NCBI GenBank assembly: GCA_964016885.1 | Contig: OZ024747.1 | Location: 59,086,001 to 59,150,000 of the forward strand | Direction: 5' to 3' | DNA: 64,000 bases | Source: Eledone cirrhosa | Taxonomy: Eukaryota | Shown here: piece after piece, positions 46,620 through 60,747 of the stretch | How the letters are laid out: the number at the start of each line of letters is the position of its first letter | Position numbering within the stretch: position 1 is the first letter of the stretch | The notes under the pieces: generated by a model | The model's input: the letters and a program-made list of their open reading frames with translations, nothing else | Databases searched by the model: none | What the model was told of the DNA's origin: nothing | Translations under genes and position numbers: made by a program

Positions 46620-46771
46620 ACTCCAGTACTAGATTGGTATTTTCTTTTCTTTTATTGACCATGAAATGGTGAAAGGCAAAGTTGACCTCGGCGGGTTTGA
46701 ACCTCAAGAGGCGGAACGAATACATCAAAGTATTCTATCTGACGTACTAACGACTCTGCGAATTCATCGCT
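46620..46771 (-). mobile_element. Deu/Nin-domain SINE, diverged
   Basis: gaaaggcaaagttgacctcggcgggtttgaacctc...ctaacgactctgcgaa. Confidence 0.65.
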
Positions 46772-47414
46772 TAAATATAAACACAGAAATAATGATTTTA
46801 CACATGCCTTTAACAATCCGTTTATCGGAAAGACTTGTTACACTGGGCGGTTACAAAACGTCACCATCGTCTCTTTTTCTTTCTCTCTCTCATACACATA
46901 CACACATACATCCACACACACACATACACCCGCTCACACACTTACACACACACGCTGTTACCATCCCATTTCCAGTCTGACTGATTTTTTACACAACATA
47001 TACACCAGCTTTATTTCAACAGATATTCACTGTTTATTTATGAAAAAGATGTCGTCAGTCGCCACTATAATAATTTCCATTTTTCTTGAAGGAGTTAGAG
47101 GGTTAGGACTGATGTGAACTTGTGGCTATTGGTTTATTTGTGTTGGCCAAATCTGGAGCGATGGTGGAAGTGAAGTAAGAGAGAAAAAAAGATGAAGAGT
47201 AAACCAATAATTTGAAAGGAATGTGCGGAAGATGAAGTGACCTGCAGGTGATTGATGAAAGAAAGGTTGCTTTTATTTCCGTCTCGTCTTGGCAAATATT
47301 TGTTAACCGACCCACAAAACTATGGATTTCTCAGTAGTCGGCGTTCGGCGAGAGATTCGCCATCTTTTCAAAGCCGTCTGCTTGTTTACATTCGCTATTT
47401 AACAGGCAGGATTA

Positions 47415-47895
47415 CACTATGATAATAATAGTAATATCAATAATAATGATAATGATGATGATTATACTAATAATAAGAATCTTTATTATCAATATCGTTG
47501 TTGCTATTGTCGTTGTCGTTGTCGTCGGCGCCGTCATAGTTGCGGTTGCTATTGGTATTGTCAGCGTCGTTGTCGTTGTCGTTTTTGTCGTTATTGTTGC
47601 TGTTGCTGTTGGTGTTGGTATTGTCGGCGTCGTTGTCGTTGTCGTCGTTGTCGTTATTGTTGCTGTTGTTGTTTTCATTGTCGTTGTCGTCGTCGCCATC
47701 GTTGCGGTTGCTGTTAGTGTTGGTCGGCGTCGTTGTCATCGACGCCACCATCGTTGATGTTGCTGACGGTGATGTCGTCGTCGCCGTTATTGTTGCAGTT
47801 GCTGATGGTGTTGTCGGCGTCGATGTCGGCGTCGATGTCGGCGTCGTTGTTGTTGTTATTGTTGCTGTTGTTGTTGTTATTGTTGCTGTTGTTGT
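47415..47895. repeat. (GTT/GTC)n low-complexity repeat
   Basis: Direct reading. Confidence 0.9.
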
Positions 47896-48564
47896 ATAGC
47901 TGCTATCCCATTCAAATTTTCTTTCGTGTATTTTTTTTTATTTTTTTTTTTATCTTTATTTTTCATTATTGATTCATTTCTTGTTATTTGTTCTTGTATT
48001 TTTTATTTCGAACTTTTCTTTGGTGTTGTTTCTCCAGTTTTTTTCTTCACGCTCGCCCAACCACCCACCCCTCTTTTATTTGTTTTCTCTTTTATTTTCA
48101 TATCCGCCCTTCTGTTCCTTCCTCTTCTACCCATAACACGTTAGGGTTGTTTTCACTTCATTCGATGACAACTTTGATATTTCCAACTAAATGCCAATGT
48201 TTGCAGCAGCTACCAATTATGTCAACTGCCACTTACACAATTCTATTGACATCTTTCCATTCACAGATCTATTAACAGACCAAAGTTTCGCCATCAAATT
48301 CAGCAGTTTCATAGAAACCTAGGGTGACCAATGAAAGACCACCATAACCACCACTACTGCTACAACAACAACAATAATAACACCGATTACGACGATGGTG
48401 TAGTAATTACTACAACGAGAGACTTTACTACACATCTAATAGAGAATTTCTGAAATAGTCTCTTTTTCTTTTAATCATATTTTTATGAGATGAGTTGCCT
48501 GACTGTCGGCTCATATTTTCATATATGTTCATATTTTAATATATATATATACATATATGAATAG

Positions 48565-48647
<83 letters not shown>

Positions 48648-48668
48648 TATATATGTATATAGATATAT

Positions 48669-48721
<53 letters not shown>

Positions 48722-48745
48722 TATTTATAAATATGTATATCTATA

Positions 48746-48807
<62 letters not shown>

Positions 48808-49044
48808 CATACATATTTACATATATACATACATACATATATACATAAATGCATACGGACGTACATGTATTCATACATACACACACACATACATACATAC
48901 ATACATACATACATACATACATACATACATACATACATACATACATACATACATACATACATACATACATACATACATACATAAGTATCTATGTATCTGT
49001 GTGTATGTGTGCGTGTGTATCTCTATATATTTAGTATATATTTA

Positions 49045-49445
49045 AGTTGGCAATGAATGATTTTCACGGCAATCGCTCAGAGTTTCATAGGCACGAATGC
49101 ACGTGTGTAATCAATCGGATGTCCTCAACAGCTGCTCAATTAGAGACGTGCTTTCATGTCTGTAAAACTCTAAATAATGACCGTGAAAGAATTTAACTGC
49201 CTATTTACAATATATGGCTGACTAACTCACACGTGTTTTCCCCCTGAAAACATTTCACTTGGGTTTCTTTCTATTCTTACTTTCGTCTATATTTCTATTT
49301 TTTCTTCTGTCTCTTTTTTTTATCTTCCGATGAAGGACTAACGACCGAAACGTTAAGATTCTTTTCTCACTGTATCAAACGTAAAACTAATTTGCATCGA
49401 CTTTGTTCTGTAGTTTTTTCCCCAGTTGACTTTTCTTATACTTAC
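49045..49445 (+). mobile_element. Decayed PLE 3' end with hammerhead variant
   Basis: atctt CCGATGA aggactaacgacc GAAA cgttaagat at 49322-49359, homologous to 22057-22095; upstream DVLNS and LETCFHVCK resemble the endonuclease tail. Confidence 0.55.
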
Positions 49446-49540
49446 TATATATACTCTGCATAACCATCTCCAAACTTCGGTGTGTGTAAATACAGTAAGA
49501 ACTCTTAAGATCTTGTAATATTGTTATATATATATATATT

Positions 49541-49571
<31 letters not shown>

Positions 49572-50443
49572 GTCATTGCCAGAAAAATATATAGTAAAAC
49601 ACACTCACTGTTTGGTCTGGTTTGGTCGTGTTTTCGCTTCGGTATATTTTATATTTCTGGCAATCATTGTTTATCATTGATTGACCAACAGTTAAAAATA
49701 TAGATATAAATATAGCTTCTCATAGTTCTTTCGTCACACACATGTGACAAAATCAGTGATGCTCTTATGTTTCCTCCCGTTGTATTGCTGTAATGTATTC
49801 TTATTCTCTTGCAATGATCTAACGGAAAATGTCTAAAAGCGGATTTAATTTAATGTTTAAAGTATCTTTACTAGTAGACATCTTGTTTTGAAAATTTATA
49901 GAAATACAGTAAAAATTTCAATGTTTAATGTGATGGAGTCATATTGTTGTTTTGTACTATTCAAAACTATCTTACTAATGTGCTTTCATGAGGTGGACTG
50001 ATTGTTGTGAAAATTAGCAGGATTAGAATAAAATCTTCAAATTTTAATGTGAATCAGTCATAGTGTCGTTTTGTACTTTTTAAAGAATATCTTGCCAGCG
50101 TGGTTTTATGCAATATAAAATGTTAAGAATTCCTTGGATAATACCTAATAATGCAGTATTACAACGATGTGTCAGTAAGGAGATGTAGGTTCGTGTTCTA
50201 TCAGCCTCTATTAATGTTTTCTTTGATATGTGTACACTTTTCGATGTTTACTCTTCTGTATCTAATCTTTATCTCTAAATATTACGATTTACTTATGTGA
50301 AGTCATGTATTCGCCAGACAAACAAATTTTAATCAAAAACCAATTTAATTGCCTATATAATTTGTTTAACATTATATTTGATTATGGATAGATTTTACTG
50401 AAGTAATTATAAATTGACTCCGATATTAGCATAACGTGGTTAA

Positions 50444-50514
<71 letters not shown>

Positions 50515-50520
50515 CATATA

Positions 50521-50615
<95 letters not shown>

Positions 50616-50731
50616 ATATATATGTATATATATATGTGTGTGTATCTATATATATACACATATATGTATATATGTATATATATATATAGATAGATATAGA
50701 TAGATATATATATAGATAGATATATATGTAT

Positions 50732-50762
<31 letters not shown>

Positions 50763-50775
50763 TACATGTATGTAT

Positions 50776-50884
<109 letters not shown>

Positions 50885-50910
50885 CATACATGTATATCTA
50901 TCTATCTATC

Positions 50911-50944
<34 letters not shown>

Positions 50945-51304
50945 GGTGTGTGTATGTGTATATATATACATATACATATACATAATTACATACATATATA
51001 TTTATAAATACATATATGTATGTATGTATAAGTGATTGTGTGTGTAGCCTGAAATACTACTATAATTGAATAGGATTTGGTTTAATTCCAAGTTTGTATT
51101 TATATTGTACACAATGCATCAATCTTGTTCATCAGTTAACATCATTAGTTAATACTAGAATAATTTAATTAAGCATGGATTCTTTAAGATAATAATATTC
51201 TCAGGCAAACATACAGATGCTGCTCGAAAATAGACCTCTATATGTAGAATGCTTGTTCACATTAGTATAAGATCTCACATTAGTATAAGATTAGTATAAG
51301 ATAA

Positions 51305-51490
51305 GTGCTTAAGGTGTTCTCTTCACAATTATAGTGTTCTCTTCATAATTATATGTCATCAGATTCAATCTTACTGCGTAACACCGTCGGGCATCTCCGG
51401 GGATGTGTCTTATACCAAAGCCTCGAGTCTGGTGAAAAGACTTGTCAGTTAAATTTCTTAAACGGAATCTGCGTGGAAGCTTGCCGTAAG
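51305..51490 (+). mobile_element. Degraded CORE-like SINE
   Basis: ttcaatcttactgcgtaacaccgtcgggca...tgtgtcttataccaaagcctcgag...acggaatctgcgtggaagc resembles a recalled octopus SINE. Confidence 0.4.
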
Positions 51491-52092
51491 AAGCTCCCTA
51501 ATATTGTGTGGCATGTTTAATCTATCCCTCTGTTCAATACCACCATATATCCCTTCTTTGCTTTTAATGAGTTTCATTTTATTGCAGGAATTTAGTTCAG
51601 GATTTCATTCTGAGGATAACGTCTTCCCTTCATACCACAAGTATCGGCGGCGTAATTAGGCATGGACGCCGCCCTTCCTGCTTTGATTTAGATACCAAAC
51701 CACCTAAAAATGCACCAGGTTCTACAATACACAGCTGCTTAATTTAAAACCTTACCATCATAATGTTATGCAAGTTATGTCCCAAACACCCGAAAAAAGC
51801 TTTTTACATTGCTAAATATGGAAATAATCTGAAAAATTAATTATCGGACTGGGGATGATTATTCGAGACCCAAGAGTACGTAAAATAATGACTCGTCCAT
51901 CTATTTACAACCCGACGAAATAGTGGACTTTCTTGCTCTAATCCACCATATTAGAAGTTTACTGTCAGTAATAAACATTTGTGAATATAAAGCAGAATTA
52001 CTAATAGAGGAGGGAACGCTGTCCAGTCGGTTTGTCTGACATGTTGTGGGGTTTATCTATCTACAGTTTTTATGTCTTGTTATTGTTTATTT

Positions 52093-52262
52093 CTGGTTGA
52101 GTAGTTCTATCTGTGGTCACCCTTGGCTGAGTAATTCCATCTGTGGTCACTCCTGGCTGAGTAATTCCATCTGTGGTCACCCCTGGTTGCGTAATTCCAT
52201 CTGTGGTCACCCCTGGTTGCGTAATTCCATCTGTGGTCACCCCTGGTTGCGTAGTCCCATCA
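52093..52262. repeat. 30-bp minisatellite, about 5.5 copies
   Basis: ctggttgcgtaattccatctgtggtcaccc. Confidence 0.95.
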
Positions 52263-52911
52263 GCGGCTATCCCGTCCTGTTCATATGTATACCTTTCAAA
52301 GACCGTGAAATGTGATTTAAGTGATATTTGGTAGCTGATGGCGGTGGTAGGGGTAGTTGCGGTGGTTGAGGCGGAGGTGATTGAGGCAGTGGCGGAGGCA
52401 GTGGTGGTGGCGGCAGTGGTGGTTGTGGTGGCGATAGTGGTGGTGGTGGTGGTGATGGTGGTGGTGGTGGTGGTGGTGATGGTGGTAGTAGTGGAAGCGG
52501 TGGCGGTAGAAGGGGTGACCTTCATCCCACGATCCAAGGTTAATATCTGCGTATGTAAAGTGGAAATGATAGATCGAAACCGGAAGTCAGCACTTGCCGC
52601 ACCGGAAACATCGCTGGTGCTTTATTGTTCCTGAAACCAGAAAGATGTGAATGCTTTTCTTTTTAATTTTTGTTGATTTTGATATTTATTATTTATTTTA
52701 ATGTAAACCCAGTGGGGTAACTAACTCTCTTTTCAAATATACCTATATAATATATATCATTCTTATTTCTCTCTCTCTCTATTTCAAACACATAAATATA
52801 TATACACACTTATATATAGAGAATATACGCATATACTTGTGCAGGCATGTGTGAAAGCGTATATAAATGGACTCATAAATGCATATATTTATATGTGTGT
52901 GTATATATATA

Positions 52912-52986
<75 letters not shown>

Positions 52987-53069
52987 GAGTGTGTATGTAT
53001 ATATATATATATATGAGTGTGTATATGTATATATATATTAATATATATATATATATATAAATATATATA

Positions 53070-53109
<40 letters not shown>

Positions 53110-53924
53110 TGTGTATGTATAAGTGTGTAAATATATATATACATACATACGTGCACACTTACACACACACACACACACACACACACGCACGCACACACAC
53201 ACACATACATACATACATACATACATGCATACATACATACATACATACATACATACATACATACATACATACATACATACATACATACATACATACATAC
53301 ATACATACATACATACATACATACATACAAATATTAGCTTACCTATTTATATAATTATCCACAACAGCAAGGCCAGCAAACTTGCATATTTACATCTGAC
53401 GTCAATATATATGTTATTATGGAGAGTTGATTGTTGCATATGTCGGATAATAGAGAAAGATTCGGAGAGAGAGTAAAGAGAACGAGACATAGAGACATAG
53501 AGAGAACGAAAGAAGTGAGAGGCAGAAAGAAGTGGCGGTGGTGAGAGAGAGGGTGAGGTAGAGAAAGAAGAAACGGTGATAGCATAATGGGAGAGAGAAA
53601 GACAGAGACAGATACAGAGATAGAGTAATTGGAAAGATAGGAAGAAAGAAACGGAGAGACAGAAGCAATAAGAGGGAGAGAGTGAAAGAAGCGAAAGTGA
53701 GTGAGAGTGAGGCAGAAAGAGAGTAAGAGAAGCAAAAGAGAGAAGAACAGGCTGGAAAAGACAAAGAGATGGGGGGGGGGCATAGAAAAGGAACAAGGAG
53801 GCATGTAAAGAGGTTGAGAGCAAAAAAGAACACAGAATGAAAAAGGAGAGAGTGAGAGTCAAAGAAACAGAGAGAGAGAAGGGATTGCAGCAAGAGAGAA
53901 TGGGAGTGAAAGAAATAGAGAGAG

Positions 53925-55055
53925 AAGAAAGTTTGAAAAAACAGAGAGGGGGTAAGAGAGATTGAGAGAGAAGAGAGTTTGAAAAAACATAGAGAGGGTT
54001 AGAGAGATAGGAAGAGAAGAGAGTTGGGAAAACATAGAGAGGGTTAGAGAGATAGGGAGAGAAGAGAGTTGGGAAAACATAGAGAGGGTTAGAGAGATAG
54101 GGAGAGAAGAGAGTTGGGTAAACATAGAGAGGGTAAGAGAGATAGAGAGAGAAGAGAGTTGAGAAAACATAGAGAGGGTAAGAGAGATAGAGAGAGAAGA
54201 GAGTTGGGAAAAACATAGAGAAGGTTAGAGAGATAGGGAGAGAAGAGAGTTGGGTAAACATAGAGAGGGTTAGAGAGATAGGGAGAGAAGAGAGTTGGGT
54301 AAACATAGAGAGGGTAAGAGAGATAGAGAGAGAAGAGAGTTGTGAAAACATAGAGAGGGTTAGAGAGATAGGGAGAGAAGAGAGTTAGGAAAACATAGAG
54401 AGGGTTAGAGAGATAGGGAGAGAAGAGAGTTGGGAAAACATAGAGAGGGTTAGAGAGATAGGGAGAGAAGAGAGTTGGGTAAACATAGAGAGGGTTAGAG
54501 AGATAGGGAGAGAAGAGAGTTGGGAAAACATAGAGAGGGTAAGAGAGATAGGGAGAGAAGAGAGTTGGGAAAACATAGAGAGGGTTAGAGAGATAGGGAG
54601 AGAAGAGAGTTGGGAAAACATAGAGAGGGTTAGAGAGATAGGGAGAGAAGAGAGTTGAAAAAACATAGAGAGGGTTAGAGAGATAGGAAGAGAAGAGAGT
54701 TGGGAAAACATAGAGAGGGTTAGAGAGATAGGGAGAGAAGAGAGTTGGGAAAACATAGAGAGGGTAAGAGAGATAGAGAGAGAAGAGAGTTGGGTAAACA
54801 TAGAGAGGGTTAGAGAGATAGGAAGAGAAGAGAGTTGGGAAAACATAGAGAGGGTTAGAGAGATAGGGAGAGAAGAGAGTTGGGAAAACATAGAGAGGGT
54901 TAGAGAGATAGGGAGAGAAGAGAGTTGGGAAAACATAGAGAGGGTTAGAGAGATAGGGAGAGAAGAGAGTTGGGAAAACATAGAGAGGGTTAGAGAGATA
55001 GGGAGAGAAGAGAGTTGGGAAAACATAGAGAGGGTTAGAGAGATAGGGAGAGAAG
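53925..55055. repeat. 45-bp purine-rich minisatellite, about 25 copies
   Basis: agagagggttagagagatagggagagaagagagttgggaaaacat. Confidence 0.97.
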
Positions 55056-55245
55056 AAAGGGAATATAAAAACAGGTCGTGAAGATATTCAACAAGTTGCC
55101 TCCATTGTAATCGATAAGTTGGCTTCCTTCCCTAGCGACAGAATGGAATTACATTCAAGTAATAGTGAAACTGAAAGTGCAAATGGAAGCAATAGAATTA
55201 AAGCAACGGCCGCCTCAACAACACCCACAACAACAACAACAACAA

Positions 55246-55287
<42 letters not shown>

Positions 55288-55364
55288 CAACAACAACAAC
55301 AAAAACAACAATAACAACAACAGCAGCAGCAGCAGCAACAACAACAATAACAACAGTAACAACA

Positions 55365-55395
<31 letters not shown>

Positions 55396-55399
55396 CAAT

Positions 55400-55434
<35 letters not shown>

Positions 55435-55553
55435 TAAAAAGTGTAATAATAATAATGATGATGATGATGATGATGATGATGATAATAAGAATTACAATAA
55501 CAACAAAACTAACTACAGCTATGAGGATAATGCTGATGAGGATCATGATCGTG

Positions 55554-55596
<43 letters not shown>

Positions 55597-55600
<4 letters not shown>

Positions 55601-55670
55601 TGTTTCTACTTTAGGCACAAGGCCAGCAATTATCCCAGTGCATTACTGGTACTTTATTTTATCGACCCCG
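55597..55670 (-). mobile_element. Deu/Nin-domain SINE 3' fragment with (ATT)n tail
   Basis: tgtttctactttaggcacaaggccagcaattatcccagtgcattactggtactttattttatcgacccc. Confidence 0.75.
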
Positions 55671-55716
55671 TATAATAATAATGATTTCATTTATTAGCCA
55701 CAAGGGCCGACATGTA

Positions 55717-55717
<1 letters not shown>

Positions 55718-55780
<63 letters not shown>

Positions 55781-55883
55781 AAGAAGAAGAAGAAGAAGAA
55801 GAAGAAGAAGAAGAAGAAGAAGAAGAAGAAGAAGAAGAAGAAGAAGAAGAAGAAGAAGAAGAAGAAGAAGAAGAAGAAGAAGA
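55718..55883. repeat. (AAT)n followed by a pure (GAA)n microsatellite
   Basis: Direct reading. Confidence 0.98.
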
Positions 55884-56113
55884 AAGATTAGCAAGCAGCT
55901 GCAGCAACCATCAAGCCAAACAACACTCCCCAAATAAATTGAGAGAGCGCAAGATATCAAAGAAATATAATCAATTTAGCGCTGATTAGGTAATTATTCG
56001 GAAACGAAAGATCGATGTTGCTTTCATAAAAGATTGAGCAGAAAGAAATATTATAATGATAATGGATAATGGAAGAAATGAAACAACAGAACTACTGCTA
56101 CTACTGCTATTGT

Positions 56114-56180
<67 letters not shown>

Positions 56181-56336
56181 GCTGATACTGCTGCTGATGG
56201 TACTGCTACTGCTGCTACTGCTGCTGCTGCTGCTGCTGCTGGTGTCGGTACTGTTGCTGCTGCTGCTAGTGCTGCTGATGATGATGGTGTTGCTACTGCT
56301 AATGCTGCCACTACTACTGCTGCTGCTGCTTCTGTA

Positions 56337-56370
<34 letters not shown>

Positions 56371-56469
56371 TGATGCTACAACAGCTGCTGCTACTGCTAC
56401 TACTACTGCTACTACTACTGCTACTACAGCTGCTGCTGCTGATACTACTACTACTACTAATAATAATAA

Positions 56470-56607
56470 TGGTTTCTTATATAGGCACAAGGCCAGCAAT
56501 TTTGGGGGGAGGGAATAGTCGATGAAATCGACCCCAGTGCGTGACTGGTACTTTATTTAATCGACCCCGTAAGGATGAAAGACAAAGTTAACCTCGGCGA
56601 GATTTGA
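56470..56607 (-). mobile_element. Deu/Nin-domain SINE, long subfamily, 5'-truncated
   Basis: ggcacaaggccagcaattttggggggagggaatagtcgatgaaatcgacccc...ggatgaaagacaaagttaacctcggcgagatttgaa. Confidence 0.75.
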
Positions 56608-56746
56608 AAAATTAATAATAATAATAATGATATTAATATAAATATATACGTATGTGTGTATGTATGTTTCTAAATATGTGTGTATAAATATATGTATATA
56701 AATATATGTATATATATATATATGTATATATATATGTATATATATA

Positions 56747-56792
<46 letters not shown>

Positions 56793-56847
56793 GATTGTTC
56801 GTGTGACTAAGCCTGGTAGAGCTTATACTTAGCACTGTGTTTATTAA

Positions 56848-56892
56848 GCTCTGATGATTCCTACTAAACGGTATGGCTGAAACGTTGTAAGC
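56848..56892 (+). ncRNA. Minimal hammerhead-like motif
   Basis: gct CTGATGA ttcctactaaacggtatggct GAAA cgttg TA agc; stem II imperfect. Confidence 0.55.
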
Positions 56893-56932
56893 AAATAAAA
56901 ACTGTTTGAGTATGTAAGTGTTCTTTGGTTTC

Positions 56933-57114
<182 letters not shown>

Positions 57115-58029
57115 GAAACCAATATATATATATATATATACAAGTGGAAGCTTAGTAAAATCGAAGCTTTGGCTGCGGCCAAGCAAAATCGACCTACAGT
57201 TAGGAATGAGTAGTAAAGCACTCAATAAGGGTAGGTCTTCACAGTAATGCTTGACAAATTGAAAATTGCGGTAGGCAAAACCCATCCATATAGATATATA
57301 TATATACACACACATATATAAATTTCAACTATTATACACATACATACATACATTCATACATACACACATATACACATATACACATATATACATACATATA
57401 CTTTGATGTAAATACAAGTGTCCATTAAAAGACTAGTAACGTATATAAAACTTCTATTATAAGTGAAGGGTGCTCACATTGTGAGTTACTTCCCACAATG
57501 AACACCTATAAACTCCAAACACATGTGTTCACTACATTCAATATTACAATTTATAGTTTTCTTCTTCTCGCTTTTATGTTGGCTTTTTTCTTTGTTTGGG
57601 GTTTTTCCCGTTTTATTTTATTTTTTTTTGTTCTTGTTTGCTTTTTTTTTTGTTTTTAATTTGTTTTTTTTTTTTGTTTTGTGTTTTTTTGTATTTTGGT
57701 GGTGGTTGTGTGGTGGGGGGTGCTGGTTATTTACTACGAAAGAATCGGTTTGATACCCAGTTATCGACACACTATCACCCATGTATGACGGCAACGGACG
57801 CAGATTAACCATGAAGTTTAATGTGGACGCATGCGGACTCACACACACACACACACATACACTCACACATATAAGTGTGTGTGTTTGTGTGCATGAGTGC
57901 CGGTGCGTGTATGTGTGTGTATATATGTAAGATATATATTATATATATAAATATATATATGTGTGTGTAATGTATATATATATGTATATATATGATGTCT
58001 TCCAAAAGTAACGGTTGCATTTTGTAAGG

Positions 58030-58170
58030 GTATGTCAATATTTATTTATAAAACTGGTATATATTGTATTTTGTCTGATGAAAGCATACCATAATTTAAC
58101 ATGGTATCCTTGAAATATGTATAATAAAATAGATATGGTTTTATAAATATAGTTTTCATTTGTTAATATC

Positions 58171-58172
<2 letters not shown>
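58030..58172 (+). mobile_element. Family F3 pLTR arm with hammerhead motif
   Basis: tattttgt CTGATGA ..ataccat/atggtat.. GAAA tatgta TA ataaaata at 58067-58131; colinear with 27920-28052. Confidence 0.7.
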
Positions 58173-58242
<70 letters not shown>

Positions 58243-58245
58243 TAG

Positions 58246-59133
58246 TATATAGGACAGCCAGAAACAGCCTCCGACAACGTATGACCGTCCATAAATCACA
58301 AATCAAAATACAGGAATACAGAAAGATTGCTTTTAGTGAACATATCGCCAATTGTGCACCTAACCAACATCCAAACTAACATTTTCCCCATTTACAAATT
58401 CATAGACAACGCTTCTTTCATCCATCGTACCAATAAGGAAACGTACTTCATTAACAAATTCCAACCTCAACTTAATGGACTAAACTTCGGACTAAACTAA
58501 AGCTGGAACGAACAATGAACCAAAACCAAATTCCTATGTTCTCTGAAGAGTTACCTCCCTCACAACCTACCTAATCCTTTTTCTTATATAAATGAATTAT
58601 TCCCTCTCATTTCTCTCTCCCCTACCTGACCACCCTGAATTACCAGATTACCATTTGCCTCCACCATGGATCAACTAAGCACTCTTGCCATAACACATTT
58701 TGAACTGCTGATCTTCAAGAACTATGCCTGTAAATAATATTATTTTTTCTCTCCCATTACCTTATCATGTTCCACATTACCCCTTTTTTTTCTTTTTTCT
58801 TTTCACTTCAAAAACCTTCTTTGGAAATAACATTATTCTTTCTTCCCCCATTTCCTTAACATGTTCAACATCACCAGCATTTTACACCAATACAAATTCC
58901 CCCCTTTGATAATGCATAAAATGCTGAAACCGGTAATAGACAATTATTAAATATATAAACAAATAAATAAATAAATGCCATTGTTAATTAATAAATAAAT
59001 TAACTAATACCTTAACACTTCACACAAAGTAAAATGTTTTGTTTTAAATATTTTCTAACCCAGAAAAAAGAGAAAAAAAATGAAAAGGAAAAAAATATAT
59101 TTTTCTTCCTAATAATCGTCTTTTTCTCCCTAT

Positions 59134-59137
<4 letters not shown>
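58246..59137 (+). mobile_element. PLE 3' end, probably Naiad-like: GIY-YIG remnant, 3' UTR, degenerate hammerhead and F6 pLTR
   Basis: Frameshifted YIGQ, RNSLRQRMTVHKSQI...YRKIAFSEHIANCA, IFPIYKF...RTNKETYFINKFQPQLN at 58246-58500; ttgataatgcataaaatgctGAAAccggTA at 58906-58935. Confidence 0.8.
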
Positions 59138-59195
<58 letters not shown>

Positions 59196-59198
<3 letters not shown>

Positions 59199-59516
59199 TT
59201 TTAATATAGATGAGATTCTACAGGAGTAGAACTGTTTCATTCTTTAGAAATCATTGATGGTGAGATATTGACGCCATTTTGGATAAACCATGACTCATCA
59301 GAGTAAACCATGTTGCTGTTTCATTGATCGTATCAAAGCGAATGCACAATAATTGATTTCTAAAGAATGAAACAGTTCTAGTCCTGTAGAATCTCATCTA
59401 TATTAAAACTTTTATACTTTGCAATGTATTGAGTACCTTACTTACTGTGGTTACCTCCGATTCAACCCGGAATAACGTATATATATATATATATATGTAA
59501 GATATGTATATTTGTA

Positions 59517-59557
<41 letters not shown>

Positions 59558-59700
59558 AAATATGTGTTCCTCTAACACCATATGGTGTTACTTTCAAATT
59601 CGCTTTGATACGATCAATGAAACAGCAACATGGTTTACTCTGATGAGTCATGGTTTATCCAAAATGGCGTCAATCCAAAATGGCGTCAATATCTCACCAT
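59196..59700. mobile_element. PLE-derived insertion (family F7) with interlocking inverted repeats
   Basis: 59196-59254 is inverted relative to 59353-59412; 59257-59343 is inverted relative to 59598-59700; tail 59413-59472. Confidence 0.7.
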
Positions 59701-60100
59701 TTGATTGACTTATACAGACCACGAGTCACTTGTAGTAAAATATGTTGCACTAAAATGGTCTTAACTTTGGAATACGACGGAATTTTTGCTTGACTTGGTA
59801 GCAAATCTAATAAAGATATTTTTTTGTTTTCCTTAATGATATTTTCCATGTTGGTTCGTCGATATCTTTTGTAGCACAGGATGCACGTACAAACCATTAT
59901 GTTCTTGAGTGTGGAGGGATGCATATACTTGTTGTAGGTGTTCGTGTTTTTGGCTTCATTTTACTGGTGCATTCTCGTGTTAAATCCTACGTCCATTGTA
60001 GTTTCTGGTTTCAGCCATATTACTGTTCAAAGTCCGCTAGTAATAGAACGTGTTCAACAGCTTTCCGTTTAAATTCTTTGAATGGAGGTATAATAAGACT
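59700..60100 (-). pseudogene. Possible highly decayed PLE ORF segment
   Basis: TNMENIIKENKKI and TRTPTTSICIPPHS weakly resemble PLE linker motifs (NMxNIIKxHNKKI; WFNPPxS). Confidence 0.3.
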
Positions 60101-60115
60101 TTTCAAGATTTAGGG

Positions 60116-60237
60116 CAGTCATGAGCAAACTGCGGCCCGTTTGGCTTTCTGAATGGCACACCTAATTTTTAAATTGCAATGACTTGTTTAGTAGTGTGGC
60201 GCGTCTTTTAATGCTCGAAAAATGTTGCCCATGACTG
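60116..60237. mobile_element. hAT (Charlie-like) MITE, 122 bp
   Basis: TIRs CAGTCATGAGCAA and TTGCCCATGACTG; internal gcggcccg; 8-bp flanks atttaggg and acttatgg (6/8 match, central TA). Confidence 0.75.
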
Positions 60238-60344
60238 ACTTATGGAGGTAGATTAAGTTGTTTATGTTTTCAGTCTAACATACATAGAGGCTGTGGTTAC
60301 CATTGTATGTCTTTGACTTTGCAACACACGCATATGTACGCATA

Positions 60345-60383
<39 letters not shown>

Positions 60384-60483
60384 AGACAAACATATGTTAA
60401 ATTCTTACTCTCCTTTCTTCTCCTTATATTGATTATATATATATATATATATGTGTGTGTATGTATATGTATATGTATATATG

Positions 60484-60516
<33 letters not shown>

Positions 60517-60747
60517 AAATATATACATATATCTACATTTATGTTTGCCTGTGTGTACGTAGTGATGTGTAGATTTAAACATCCAACAAACATTCAGTTG
60601 ATAAGTTTTATGTTTGCAAATTATATACTTCTTCACATACAATTTAGTGAGGATTTGTTTACCCCGACATCACATTTTAATACACTTATTATATTTTATG
60701 AATGGAATGAAAACTGAAGCTTAAATCTGAGGTAATTTTATTAGACA

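Noticed and set aside
53925-55055. Telomeric repeat or 15-aa repeat protein
   Set aside because: Only one GGGTTAG per 45-bp unit; ORFs break where unit length changes.
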